A DNA stretch of 64,000 nt from Ramazzottius varieornatus. Lineage: Eukaryota > Animalia > Tardigrada. This document shows, piece by piece, positions 26,481-40,707 of the stretch (its first letter is position 1; the number at the start of each line of letters is the position of its first letter). The stretch lies in assembly GCA_001949185.1 (NCBI GenBank), contig BDGG01000008.1, forward strand, positions 992,001 to 1,056,000. The letters run 5' to 3'. The position numbers and the translations under genes were made by a program. Under the pieces are notes generated by a model, which was not told the DNA's origin, made no database searches, and was given only the letters and a program-made list of their open reading frames with translations.

Positions 26481-29400
26481 TTAATCGAGGAACAGCCCGA
26501 AACTAGCGGCGCTCAATGGTGCACTGAAGGTCACGGTAGTCACACCGCCAATCTGTGAAACTCTAGCTGGTCCCTCTAGTCCATATCCACCGCGGACCCT
26601 ATTTACCGGGATGTCCAGCCCGTAAATAAAAATTTGGTTCACACGAATATCGTCTCCGTCGAATGGCACTGGCCCTGTTTCCGATATGTAGTTCACGTGA
26701 ACAAATGGGGCTCCGAAAAGAGGGTTCGTCACGTTACAAGAGATATAGCCATCAATGTACTTCCCATTCTGAATCGGGTCTAAAAGAGTAAAGCCATATT
26801 TTAGCAACTGCTAACGATCGTTAGTTTTCTCAGAAGTGAATACTAAGCTAAAAAGAAACCGCGGCAAATGACTTCACCCGCATCGTCATGCCGCGTGGCG
26901 CACGTTTCCATTGTTACTAGCTGGGCGCGTGCGCCACTCGGGAAACGATCTGAATGAACCTATTTGCCGACATCGTAGGTAAAGCCACGTACTGATGGAA
27001 TCACCATCGTCCCAATAGACGTATCCTTCCGCCTTTTGACGGCTGTTCAATGCGACAATGAATTGGAATGGGTTGTTGCGGGTTTGCACGGTATTGAGTC
27101 CTGGTGCTTGAGCGGGAAAGACAACACCTCCTTGGTAGTATACTCCGATGTGGTCAATAGGCATTGGCACCATCAGAGTAGCTGGTCCTGCGGGTTTTGC
27201 GACTTTCTGTAAAACATGAGCAGTCCGGTACCACAGTGCACAGATACTTTCCTGATTCTAAGATATGCTACCCACCTGACCGTAGAGATCGTACCACACC
27301 GCATCGGGGAAGTAGACTTCCCGTTGTCTCTGGCCTTCGTACACAACAGGAGCAATCATCAAGCCTTCACCTGTAATTCCGTACAGTTATCATCTCAATC
27401 CTCTTTCTTGAAAGGCTTTCGGGGTGGCCGTTCGTAAGAGCTTCCAGATAATACACACCCCAAAGGAACTGAGTTTGAATATCGTAAGCTGCCTCTTCGT
27501 GCTTGAACTCGTGATGGAGGGGTCGGATGACAGTCTGACCATACACGTGAGCCTCATAAAACAGCGTGTACAGATAAGGAAGTAGACGATATCGGATAGC
27601 CAAGGCTTTCTTGCTGACATCGGCGACCAGAGGCCACTGGGCGGGGTCTTGGTCCTGAAAAAGGCTGCCGTTGAAAGCCTGAAGGGCGCGGAATGAGAAA
27701 ACGGGGTCCCAACTGTTTTTAGCTAGTTTCAATACCGGAAAATGGTTTCCGTTGTGATTTCGAGAGTAGGGATAGAAAGCACCAAGCTGCATCCATCTTG
27801 CGCATAACTCTTCTGTGGGCACCATGAAAAATCCACAGATATCGGCTCCGATCTGTAGAAATCAAACGAACCGGATGACTAACGCGTGAGCTGAAAAGTA
27901 TGATTGGGAAAATGGGGACGCGGGCAGATTGAACAAGATCATTTGTCCAAGTGGCGCGCACTCTGCGCCAATAACAATGGATATGTGCGTCACTTCAGAT
28001 AACATTCTGGGTCAGGTCATTGCCCACGTCTCAAATAGGGAGTATTTACGTAGGGTATTCCGAAGAGGTTGAATTCGAGCATGCCGACGATGGAGTATCG
28101 GAGAGCACCCCAGTCGGCCCCGTTATCACCGAGCCAGTGCCCGACATATTTGCCAGCTCCGGGATAGGTGGAGCGAGAGATAACGAAGGGTCGAGAGCCT
28201 GTAGCTTGCAAGTTAGCTTCGTAGGTTGGCTCACTCTGGGACCAGCCGTACAGATTGTGCACGTCGTAATGCTTGCACATTTGGCCAGGTCGACATTCTT
28301 GCTCCATCGACATGCAGATGGTCTTGTCCGAAAGCTTGTTCGGAATATCTAAACACACCGTACCTTCAAGACTCCGTCAGAGAGCAAACTACTGGAACTT
28401 TTCAAGCTAGGTAAGATATTGCAGGTTCGTAAGCCGTCCATGGCGACGGCACTCACAAGCTTGATACGGTGGGTTCTCCAGATTGTTCTGCGGGCATTTC
28501 AACCCTATACAGCTGTGGTTTCCGGGAAGGTCGCCGCTGGTGCAGAACCACTGGCCGGTTCCATCGCTGTTAGTTCCAAAAGACGCCGGCTCGTTCCTGT
28601 CGTCAAAAACGATGACCAGAGTTTGCAGTCTTGATTGTATAGAAAAGACGTGAGTACGTACATGTCGATCCATAACCCGTCAAATTTCAGGGTTTCATAC
28701 TGCCTCTTGACCTCCTCTATCCACCATCTTCGTGTTCTGGCGGTGAAGAAGTCAGGGAAACAAGCTCTCCCGTCAGGCCACACTTTGCCCAGCAAAATGT
28801 TATTGGGACCAATGTTGATCGGGTCAGTCTTGGACAGGTCCTCTGCCTTCCACTTGATATACACGTCTTGCTCCAACCCTCTGTTGTAAGAAAGGTAGGG
28901 TGGGTCGTGAGGGTGCTTTGTCGCAGAATCAGCATGGATAGCCGGGTCCTAAAAACATATCCGTCGTTGGCACTGCCAGATTGCGATTTACTTGTCTGCT
29001 TGGCGACGTACCAAGATGATGACCACGCGAATTCCCTCGCGTTTCAGTTCTTTAACGTATTCTTCCAAGCCAGCGAATGCTTCGTAGTCCACCGTGAAGT
29101 CTTGACGATTGCGCATGTCTTCAAGTGAAGAAAAACAGTTCATGTTTGTGATTTGTAACAGCATACTTGTTCGAGGTTGTTTGCAAGAGACAACATACAG
29201 TCGATGTCCAATGTCTGAACGTCTTGAGGGACTCCAGCCGCGCGATTCCTGTTGATGATGCGCTTCAAATTCGATAAGTTATCGTATCCCCATCTCGATA
29301 GTTGAAAACCCAAAGACCAGTAAGGTGGCAAAAACGGTCGACCCACCAGCTGTGGAGAATAAAAAAAAAACATTTTCATTTCCTGTGTGATATGGAGACC

Positions 29401-31267
29401 GGGACTCGGGAGCTCGTTACCTCGGTGTACAGCGTGGTCACGTCTTCCGCGCTTTCGCCAAGTAGGAAATACAAGTCCAGGATGCCACCAATGGTCTTCA
29501 TGGTCAAACTCGGTATGTTGCTGCGACGTGTTTCTGAAACATAGACACATGTATGAGAAACGGACCACATGGCAATCATTGCCGAAACAACCCCGAGAAC
29601 CCAAACTAAAAAAACGGGAACTGGGCAAACTGGTCAAGCCAGACCTTATCTCAAAGTGGCATATAGTCGCGTTGTGATAAGCTGACAGCGTGCGCCGCTG
29701 GGGAAAAACGGTCTGGTACAGTTCATATGCCCAGATCCCAAAACGAAGACGCACCCATTCCGTTACTGGTCAGAAGCAGAACGCCGTGAGCTTTCGTATC
29801 GTCCTCCACGACCATATAATAGGGGTGGAAGCCATAAAAGTTCCCATTTTCGTAGCTCGGAGGCTCATCTTTAGCCCACATGGGGGTGGAGACGTCAGTG
29901 GGCAGTCGGAACGTTGCATGGCGTGTCTCGCCGAACCCGTAAATCTTGGTGGTCGGCAACCGGGTCTTGACTTGCAAGTACTGGTCTTCCAGTACGATTC
30001 CGCCATACAGCGATGTATCGAACAGTACGGCGGCCGTCGACTTTCTGATAACCTTGAAGTAGAAGAATGGATCGTTGAAGACCCTTACTTCGTACAGCGG
30101 GTTGGTGCTTCCAGTTGTCGGCTTGTTCAAACTGACTGGAACTTCATATCGGGACGCCTCGGGGTTGTAAAGCTATCAAGATAAAACAGGATAAGACTTG
30201 TACCTGATAAACAAGTTAGTGTCGGGACAAGAGTAGTATGGAACGTGGGCAAAATTAATGTTTTGAGGAACCAGATTGTTTCCTTAAGTGGCGCACACTT
30301 AAAGTTAGTAACAATGAAACCATGCGTCACTTGACGTAACGACCTGCTTCAACTAATTTGCCCAAGTCAAACGTCTTCTGGGGAAAAGTTCCAGTACGTG
30401 TACCTTGATTCGGAGCTTTCTTTCGTCGAGTTCTTCGACGGCGAGCGTGACGGCGCTCCAGGGTGTACTGTAAAAAGTGTGGGCGTTTCCGGGTCGAACC
30501 AGGCGATATTGTACGGTATTGTTGACCACCGAGCAGCCGCCAGGTGCTACCTGGAAGGCCACCCTTTCGGCGGGATAGAAACACCAGGGCGCTCCGGTGG
30601 ATGATCCATCGGGACGCGTGGAAGGCTTCCAGATACATCCCTTGGCTCGGCACTGGCTAGCGATGTCCGGAATGTATGGTCCAGGCCAGCAGTCAATACG
30701 GTCGGAGTCGTGGTCCACTCTGTAGGAATAGTGCCGATGTTACAGTGTAGGCAAATAAGGTACTCTAAAAGGGGGAGGGCCAAAATCGAGTTTTCGACAA
30801 GTGACGTAGAAACTCCGGCTCGAAGTAATCAGCAGATCAAGCGGCAGTTCACGTCTATGGATTGCAGCTTGATCAGCTGTTTGCTTTCTGCGTCACGTCG
30901 ATTTTGGCCTTGCCCCCTTTTAGAGTACCTTATTTGCCTACACTGTATATGGGAGCTAGTTTACAAAGAATTTGAGACAAGCTTATAATAGTCAATAACG
31001 TCGCGAACCCCTTCGTACATTGTTTCCGGGCGCCTGAATCCGCATGTAGCCTTGGCCGCCTGGGAAAGATCTGCAAAAGCAGGCAGCGAGTGAAACAAAG
31101 GCACAACAAGAATTTATTTTTGGAATGGTTTTGATTTGAAACAAACACATACCCTGGGGAACAAGACTTCTACGAATGTTACCACGAATCCGGTCGCGGA
31201 AAGGTTCTGCCAGCGCGCTCAGCGCCGCACCTATTAGAATTGCGAAAAGCAACACCGTCGAAGCCAT
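26481..31267 (-). CDS. GH31 alpha-glucosidase (lysosomal acid alpha-glucosidase / maltase-glucoamylase-like) with trefoil domain
   Basis: Signal peptide; trefoil RIDCWP..C..KGCIW..PWCFYP; [15 protein letters not shown]; WIDM|NEP nucleophile; HWLGDN acid/base; [16 protein letters not shown]; YWDDGDS. Confidence 0.95.
26895..26937 (-). repeat. N25 palindromic element
   Basis: GH31 intron; spacer in reverse orientation. Confidence 0.85.
27951..27993 (+). repeat. N25 palindromic element
   Basis: GH31 intron. Confidence 0.8.
29656..29698 (-). repeat. N25 palindromic element (degenerate)
   Basis: GH31 intron. Confidence 0.65.
30288..30330 (+). repeat. N25 palindromic element
   Basis: GH31 intron. 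Confidence 0.8.
30743..30945. mobile_element. Tc1/mariner-type MITE, 203 bp, ~48-bp TIRs, TA TSD, in a GH31 intron
   Basis: TA|CAGTGTAGGCAAATAAGGTACTCTAAAAGGGGG...CCCCCTTTTAGAGTACCTTATTTGCCTACACTG|TA. Confidence 0.9.
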
Positions 31268-32499
31268 CTTGGCGACGGAATGTAAGCGTAAGTACGTAGT
31301 GCGAACTAATTTACTTCAGGCAAGCGTTTGTCGTCTGGATGCTTATACAATTTGTCGTGACGTTTCTGTTGCGCGTTGTAAGGTTCCTTACGAGCTGCTG
31401 ATATGCTGATAAAAATAGACAACAATACTGTACTTGCGGAAGATTTTCCGCCTTATCGAAGAAACTAAACGATATCAACAACATCCCGCATTTTCTTGAG
31501 CAGATAGAGGTTGATGAGACTGGAATATCGGAAAATTATCATTGACTTCAGGTGCAATACGCGGCACAGGCCGCAACGACTTGGCAAACCACGATCCTCA
31601 CATCCACAGGCGCCATAGGGTCGAAACTGCGATTAAGGCTGCCGAGTGACGACCTTGGGAAAGGATCTCGGAAGACTGATGCACATCGTTGCTCAAATCA
31701 GACTAACGCAGTCACAGCCCAAGTGAGCTGTTCTGCAGCGCCGTCTTCAGTAGAAATACAGTAGAAGGCTCCAGTAGAAATGTTGCGAAACAGCGAAAAC
31801 TGTTTTTACGTCCACGTTTTCATTCACTTTTCCATTGAGTTAACTAAGAGAAGAACAAATACTTTTTCCAGGAAAAATATTATCGAAATAAAAAGAGGCG
31901 GTGATAGTGTGCTAGAGTAAAGAGAGGAGGAGAGATGGATTCGGATTATAGCCGCCGCTGAACAAATTAGATGAGACATTCCTGAGGAAGGAACAGAGGT
32001 GTGGATCAGCCGACTCGCCAAAGGGATGACAAAGCAGGCAAGCGCATTTACAGAACAGAAAAGGAAAGAAACAGACGAACCTGGAAACGTATGGATAATC
32101 AACCGGGGGTTGAAGACGATAGCTACGTAGAAGCGAAAGAAGGTGTACGCGAAGGTAACATCGTAGACCATATATCAATAGACCAGGTAACAGTGTATCG
32201 AAATGCCAATAGAAATATTCGGATACGTATACGATTAGAAGCTAGAATAAGGTAGGATAGTATGAAAAAAAGATGGCGGCGATATCACGGTGGTGGCGCA
32301 TAGTAGTCGGTCGGTCGAGGAGTCGCTGCTGATTGCTGTCCACTCGTCATCGTCAACCTTTGGAATTGTACCTGCTGAAGAAGAGAGGAACTCTTTTTAT
32401 TCAGTGGTCCCTCGAGGCAAGCGACTCTAATAGAAACCAGGACGTTTTTGAGAGAAACTGACAGGCCAGCAAACGAAACGTAGAAGACTGCTTTCTCAA

Positions 32500-32542
32500 G
32501 TGGCGCACGGATTCAGTTCTGTTGGCTGGAAACGTGCGCCAC
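32500..32542 (-). repeat. N25 palindromic element
   Basis: Perfect arms; calmodulin 3'-UTR intron. Confidence 0.85.
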
Positions 32543-32698
32543 TGTGGCTGACGATCTCGTACGTTTCGTTTGCCGGCTTTCTAACTGCAGTTCGTCCTGT
32601 TGATTGTTGACCGATCAAGCAATAAACATTCCAAATTTTGATTTCGATTTCTAAGAGAAAGCCAATTTTAGCCCAACGTACCTGCAAGCCGTGGCTCT

Positions 32699-33903
<1,205 letters not shown>

Positions 33904-36900
33904 TTAATCAAAGGAAGAAGAGAGGCTTGGAATGCACTTCTCTTCCCGTCGATGCTTCACCACGTCAGCTAGCTCTTCTTGTAGCTAGACACCGCCGCGC
34001 AGACGTTTCCAAGGTTCTTTAACAATCTCCAATCACCGCCCACTCGAAAATGGCACTCTGAAAGGAAAAGAAAGTGTTATCAAATGGAGCTGTATCATAT
34101 CAAATCTTGAATAAACACGGCAATGGCTAAATGAGTAGCATGGAGCATACCGCACTTTGGATGCGAGCCCTGCACTGCATCGCCATACCGGACCGCATAC
34201 CGAAGTACGCTACCGCGGTATGTCTTCCGCCTACAATATCCTCTTAACCACCGTAGGCTAAACTTTCTTGCCCGGTCGGTACGGTCCCGTGAAAACATTT
34301 ACGGCATCCCATCGATGAACCCAGCTCAACGCAACTTCACGCTGCACCGCTACGCCTGTACGGTACGTGGTTACCCCAGCGAACCACTGAACTCAAAGCA
34401 CCGTATGTTCGCAGTTCGCTGAGCCGGCATTTCATTTTACGAAACCAACAAACCTTTCCATACGTACGACTGTCAAAACTAGTCTCCTTCCGGCAACTAA
34501 TCGGATAATATCTTCCTTCCAGGCTTTCTTGTACCAACTTAACTTATCTGTCAAGTGAAGTGACGCAACATGAACTTTAACACGATGTTCGATTGGCAAA
34601 ACATCGAACCATCGAACGTTCAACGGCTCGATAAATCCCCAAAGCCAATCAGAACTCCTCAGTTCTCGAAATGAAGGTTGACACCTCGACCAAATCAAGC
34701 TCGAATGCGGCAAAATGGTTGACAGACAACAGAGGCACAAAGAAGTGATCAAAGTACTTCGAAGAACCTTACGCCTAGCATGGGCTGGTGAAGTCGAGAA
34801 CCCGCTTGAATTTCTGTTCCTCCAGATTCCTTCCTTATGAGCTTTCCCTCTATGTTCAAACCCGAAGATTGATCCTCAGATTTTCCAAAGTGCGACGTTC
34901 GCACCTGTAACCACTCAAAACCCTGCAAATCAGTTCCCCGAGGAACAAACGCAAACACGCCGAAACACCCTATCGCATAGCAAATTTTGCATAGGTTGCT
35001 CGCATTCGCGCGACGCCGAATCACGAGGTCTTTTTTATGAATCATGAGGTTTCTTATAAATCATTCGTAACCCCCCTAGCCCCATCAGTCATTTTCGCAC
35101 TCGAAGCACGAGTCATATCCTTCACGACTTCGTCAATCGTCATCACGCGCTCATCCGCGAACAAGGTGTGCTCGTGGAACCTCGTACCATAAATCAATGA
35201 GGCGAACAGGGAAGAAGAAGCGCTCGATAAATCATCCAGGTAGCTAACATAGCTCGATCCACACTACTCTACAATAAGCTGCCAGGTCCTCGCAAACTGC
35301 TGATCATTTCTCTTTACCGATCTAAGCGCAGCCGTACATCTACAGTATGAGACCAGCTCCATTACCAAAACACAATTTACCAAGAACAAAAACTTCAGAA
35401 CACATGTCTACCAGTTTCTTCTTGCACTGTATTCAACTGGCAAAAATAAGCATTGGTCAAAAGGATCACTAAGTGCGTATGCGGTAGCGAACCTTCCGAA
35501 GACTCGCGCGAGCTTTGAAGCGGACTGACCATTACTGGGTTTTTCGATCAATTGAGCAAGGCATTAAGACCTGGAGTTATGCGGAGCACGTTGCAACAGT
35601 AGGAAACAAGAGAAGGGAGGATAAGAGCTGACGTACAGGTCGATCGGTTGGTCGACATTTTCACCGATGACAAGCGCCGGGATCAAAGGCATCAGCTAAC
35701 AGGCCGAGTACTCCCCCCAACAAGTAGTCGCCTGTAATTATCGATTAGCTCGCTTCACTAACGTCACTTCACTAGCATATACAGTGGAGAGAGTCCCGGC
35801 GCCCATTCACATCATTCTACAGAACAGGACAAACCAGAAATAATGGCTTCGGCACACTTGTTTCCATCGCCTAACGAACACCACACAGTCGACGGTCTCT
35901 TGCAACAATCAGAAAACCTTCTTCCTTTTATCCACCCCGAAAAAAACCTGTCTTATGCTCCAGAGCTCCATGGCACGCAAGATTAGCCAAACTAGTCAAG
36001 ACCACAACAACTCCTACTTTCAATCCCCACAGAATGGCCTTCAGCGCGCAATTAGCTCTTTGATACAACAAGGCAATCCTCTGCACTTGACAAATTAAAG
36101 CCTCAAGATAAACACGACTAACTTGCCGTCTGACAAGAAGCAAAGCCTACATGACAAGACAAGCCCAAAATTCATCGCTTAGACGGCAGTCATCACAGTG
36201 CCAAAACGGCGAGCTGGATCACCAACAAGATATACTTACAGGACAGGTGATAGTGAGACTCGAACAGCTCCTGTGAAGTTCTCCGAACACGCTTCGACGA
36301 AACCTTACGACGGAGGTCTAAAAACAGAACACAAGGCTCCGATGTAAGGCAACACCAAAAGGAGAAAAATGGGGTATTATGCGAGCTGTGTGTTTGTGAT
36401 ATGAATGGAAGCAGGAGCAACACGTATAAACGAGAGCAGCTAACAAGAACAGGAAAGAGGAGCCAGTCAACAAGGAGCCACACAGAGTCTACATGAGAGC
36501 GCTGCAAGGGAAAGGCAGGCCTGGCTCACGACGCAACGGCTACAACCACTGGATAAATATTCCACAGGATATCCCCCCTGATGCAAGTCGAGCGAGCTTT
36601 ATGGCATGGGAAGAAAACACAGGGCAAAGAGACGGTTCGGACAGGCAGGCGTACAGTGTGCTGCGCTTAACTGCCACACTCCCGCGATACGATTCAATCG
36701 ACTACTGAAGGACCATCAACACGACGCCCTAGGCCCAGGAAGTGCTCCATGTCAACCACGACTACGAGGCAACTTCACGTTAAGGGACCTCTACACTCTA
36801 CACCAGAAACCCACCTCGATCATCAGTCCACTACCATTCTCGACTTTTCTCCACCTCCAACAGTCCTTCATCATACTCCTCATTCAAGAAAAGAGAAAAT

Positions 36901-37050
36901 TGGCCCCTTGGGTCCCTCAGTATCCATCACTGAAAAGCTCTATCACTTTGCGAAACACCAGCTCGAAATCCTCCGCCAGGTCGAGATAGAAGAAGTCTGG
37001 CACCATCAGCAGTCAAGTCTTCATGGAGAAACCCTACTTCCGGTATCACA

Positions 37051-37183
37051 GTGACACCAGAAGGCAGAAACTGAAAAGGAACACGTGCGCCGCAGCATTT
37101 GAAACGTCAACAAACGCGTCGAACGTGCTCGACACTTGATACGGCGCACGTTCATATTGTTATTGGCTAAAAATGTGCGCCGT
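37051..37183 (-). repeat. N25 palindromic element, degenerate copy (37051-37093) plus copy 37141-37183
   Basis: Both keep the 25-nt spacing. Confidence 0.75.
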
Positions 37184-40100
37184 TTGGGAAAACGATCATG
37201 TTCAAGTCAGATTTTTTCCTTCCTTTCTTCGTAACCTGACCCATACAGACACCTGTGCTGGATTTGCGCAATTTTTATCTGATTAAATCTGAAATCCCTG
37301 CCTTTGCTCACCATGCAACTAATTCTGCATTAATCCCCAAATCCCCATTCAACCTGTAGAAAACCAGCAGATGACGCGTTTGTTGACGAGTACTGCGGGC
37401 AGTACTCGTACAACACAGCTCGCGATCGAACACTCGCTAGAAAAATTCTGGTACGTTCAAGTGTTCCTGTTAATACGAAAGAGGAAGCAACCGTTTAAGC
37501 TCAACCAACGGATCATTGCGTCGAGCTGCACAAGCAAAGGGGAGATAAGCTGCACTCTTCCGCCTCTACGGGACATTCGCTTGCATTGCTCACCAAGCTG
37601 GAAGTCATCCAGACGGGAAGACGACAAGAGCGCCATTGCGATGCTGAAGGCACCCGCATGTATTTTTATTACTGCTAGTGCGTTATATGCAGCATCAGCA
37701 ATGAACAAAAGACCGAAACGAGGACTGCTAAAATTGATCTTTAGCGAGATCCAATAATGTTGAATAACGAGCCCAGCTAGTTTATTCCGGCTAAGCTCTC
37801 TCTTTCCCCTTTCCTCCCGCGTTGCTGCTGGAGCAAGGCTATCGTGGCTCGCTAATCAATGACGGAGCATTTCCAAACACCCAATCATACAACACAAAAT
37901 AATATCGCCGATAAGATACTATTCCCTCTACGGGACGGTGAACACGTTACGTATATTACCCACTGCACCTTCAATTCCACTTACAAACCCCTGGAACCGC
38001 TGTACTTGTGATGTACGTCGCCCACAACGGCCCTTCCTCCAGTAACCTCCACACTCTACGACCCTACACAGAAGCAGACAGCGTCCCAACAACAAGAGGG
38101 TCCTTGCCGTTCTCCACTGCAATCATTCACATTTCCAGCTTATCAAAACCGAAAATAAAATGCATTTGCGGGAAGCACAGAGAACCCGGCCAGCATACCA
38201 CAAAACCCACATCTAGTGTTCTCGATGCTTTCCAGAAGCAAAAACGCCTGCTGTTGCAAGTGGCCAATGTTTCGCTCCTCGAAGATCCCGTGAGTTGGTG
38301 ATTTAAATTTCACTACGGAAACAAAAAGAAGAGAGATTAGCGATCGGATGTCCACAGTATGCTGGTGGTACCTCTAGGGACAAGTCGACGTTTGGAGCAT
38401 GTGGAAAAGGCAAGGAGTCCGTCAAGGCATAACTACAAACGTCTCCCTCCTATTCTCTCCTTCGGCCAACCTAATCAATAAAAGCGTTTGGGCATAATAC
38501 AACAAACATGCTTGCTTGTCCCTTATCTGTGCACATTCGCTATCCATCCAGGCCACCGTCACTACTCGTCAAACATACAGTCAGGATGCTCCTTGATTAA
38601 ACAATCACTCGCGTAACTCGCATAAGTCGCCTCAAACTGTCGTCAAGGAAGCTAGCAGCCACGACGGAAAGAGCTCAGCGCCACGAAAACCCTCTGCAAC
38701 GCCATCCACAAGAACAGAGAGATAGTGCGTCAGAAATAGCAAAGACGGTACAATGATGACTACGGTACCTGAAGGCGAACGCAAATAAGGCGAGTGGGTA
38801 TCCGTATTCCAACCGAAAACGACAATATGGGCCATGCAGTGGGGTAGTGCAAAGAGTGAAACTTCAGCAGATCGAGAAGGATGACTTGACGGAGGTCGAT
38901 GGAGTCTCGCAAGAAGCTAACATAAGCCTTGAAATCAAACACCATCGTCGACCTTCACGGTTACATATACGCTCAGCTCTCGTCCTCCTGATCGCTTTCT
39001 ATACATGCAGTCCACAAACCACAAGTCATACCGATAGCTTACAGTGACTTACCGCTTTGATGGTTTTCCTGGTCCTGTGTTCCTGTTCCGGGAACGGCGG
39101 AAAGGAATGGACAAGTCGAAAACTCCTAATGAGCAATAGAAGGAGTCAAGGATACAAGGACGAACCTGGACGATCAGAGCAAAAATCAAAAATTCAATGA
39201 CAAATTGCCAGACTGAACAGTGAACACTGGTTCGATTGCGAGTTTGCGATAATGTTTCGAAAAGAGCCGAGTTGGGCTGGATCATACCTTCGAACCGGCT
39301 TGGCTGCCATTCAACGCTTCTGAGTGGGCCTGCTCATTACGTCATCAAGGCAGTTTGGTATATACCTGTACTTACTCCCACTTGTATGCTCACAGGCGTC
39401 TCTTGTACGACGTAAAGTGCCATTTTTCTCATAGATAGTCAATTACCGATACCGGTTTTTGAATACTATTTCTCCGCTTCTGTAAACCTGGGGTTCCGGA
39501 CATTCAGATTTCTCTGTTTCTCACGGCGTGTCTGACTCTCTGTACCAGTGTACCTTCTGCCAACACAGTCTAATTCGGTACTCGAGAATAGCTGGTTCAG
39601 CACCGTTTGGGTTTCCCGGGCTGAGGAGAGTAAGACCTTCGCAATCGAGCACAAAGGGCCGCTGGTAGGTTTACTCACAACTACAGTATAGACGCTAATC
39701 GTAGGAAGTAATTATTACCAAAAATCCATGTTTCATCACGGTGTTCATGTGGGAAGGAATGAAGGCAGGGAATGGTTCTGTCAATGTGCAGTGGGCATTT
39801 TAAACGGTATCACCGGGTGGCACCTGGAGACGGAGCACTTTCGATAAACGACATGGAGTGCATTTTCGGTTGATTATACTGGACAGGACACGTTGGATAT
39901 TGTGAAATCATCAGGGCGTCGCCTATTTGCCGTTTTGGAAGGATCATTTCCAGCCAGCTTCATCGTTCACGGTACCCGCTTTGTGTCATCTGTCATTTGC
40001 CTGTTCAAGCGCGAGAGATACAGTATGCGCTGAACTAACAGAAAAGTGGAACGAATCATCATAAATTGCTTATCGGGAAACCTATTAATTTCCCTTTCGG

Positions 40101-40707
40101 TTTGCAGTTATGCTCTCAGCTCATCGAGGATAAGGCACCAGCTTCGTGTCTACTCACGTCACTGACGCCTGCATAGTGCGACGTCCATCGATTTTTCCGG
40201 GAAGAGTATCGATAGCCAAGTCGCGCCAGGGAAGCACTGACCAGGGCGATTCATCTTTGATATTTGCACTAGACTCGTCGTCGATTATTCCTGTGTACTA
40301 ATATCGTCTATGCTCCGTTGCCCGCTGATTATGGAGTGCATTAGATGAGTGCAGCTTCTGATGGGTGGATACGGGTAACAAATAAGAGGATAGCGCTGTA
40401 GGATGAATCGACCAGCCGGACCAGGTACGCATATCTGCGGCTCCGAAATTCTAGCGCCACCAACCTGCATATTCGCATGCCCTCGGTGACGTCACAGCGG
40501 AGCACTCATAAACGTCTACAGGTGGCCAACACTGTGACGTCACTGCGGCCAACCGTCCATGTAATACTGTCTGCACAAACAACGGTTTCTCGCGGTTGAA
40601 GTTTCGTTTCACTTTTGAAAAAGGGTGTGTGTTAGAAACTCTGAGGAATCGTTACGTGAAGTTGTTGGTTATATTGCATTGATAATAGGGTTGACTGTTT
40701 CAGGACT

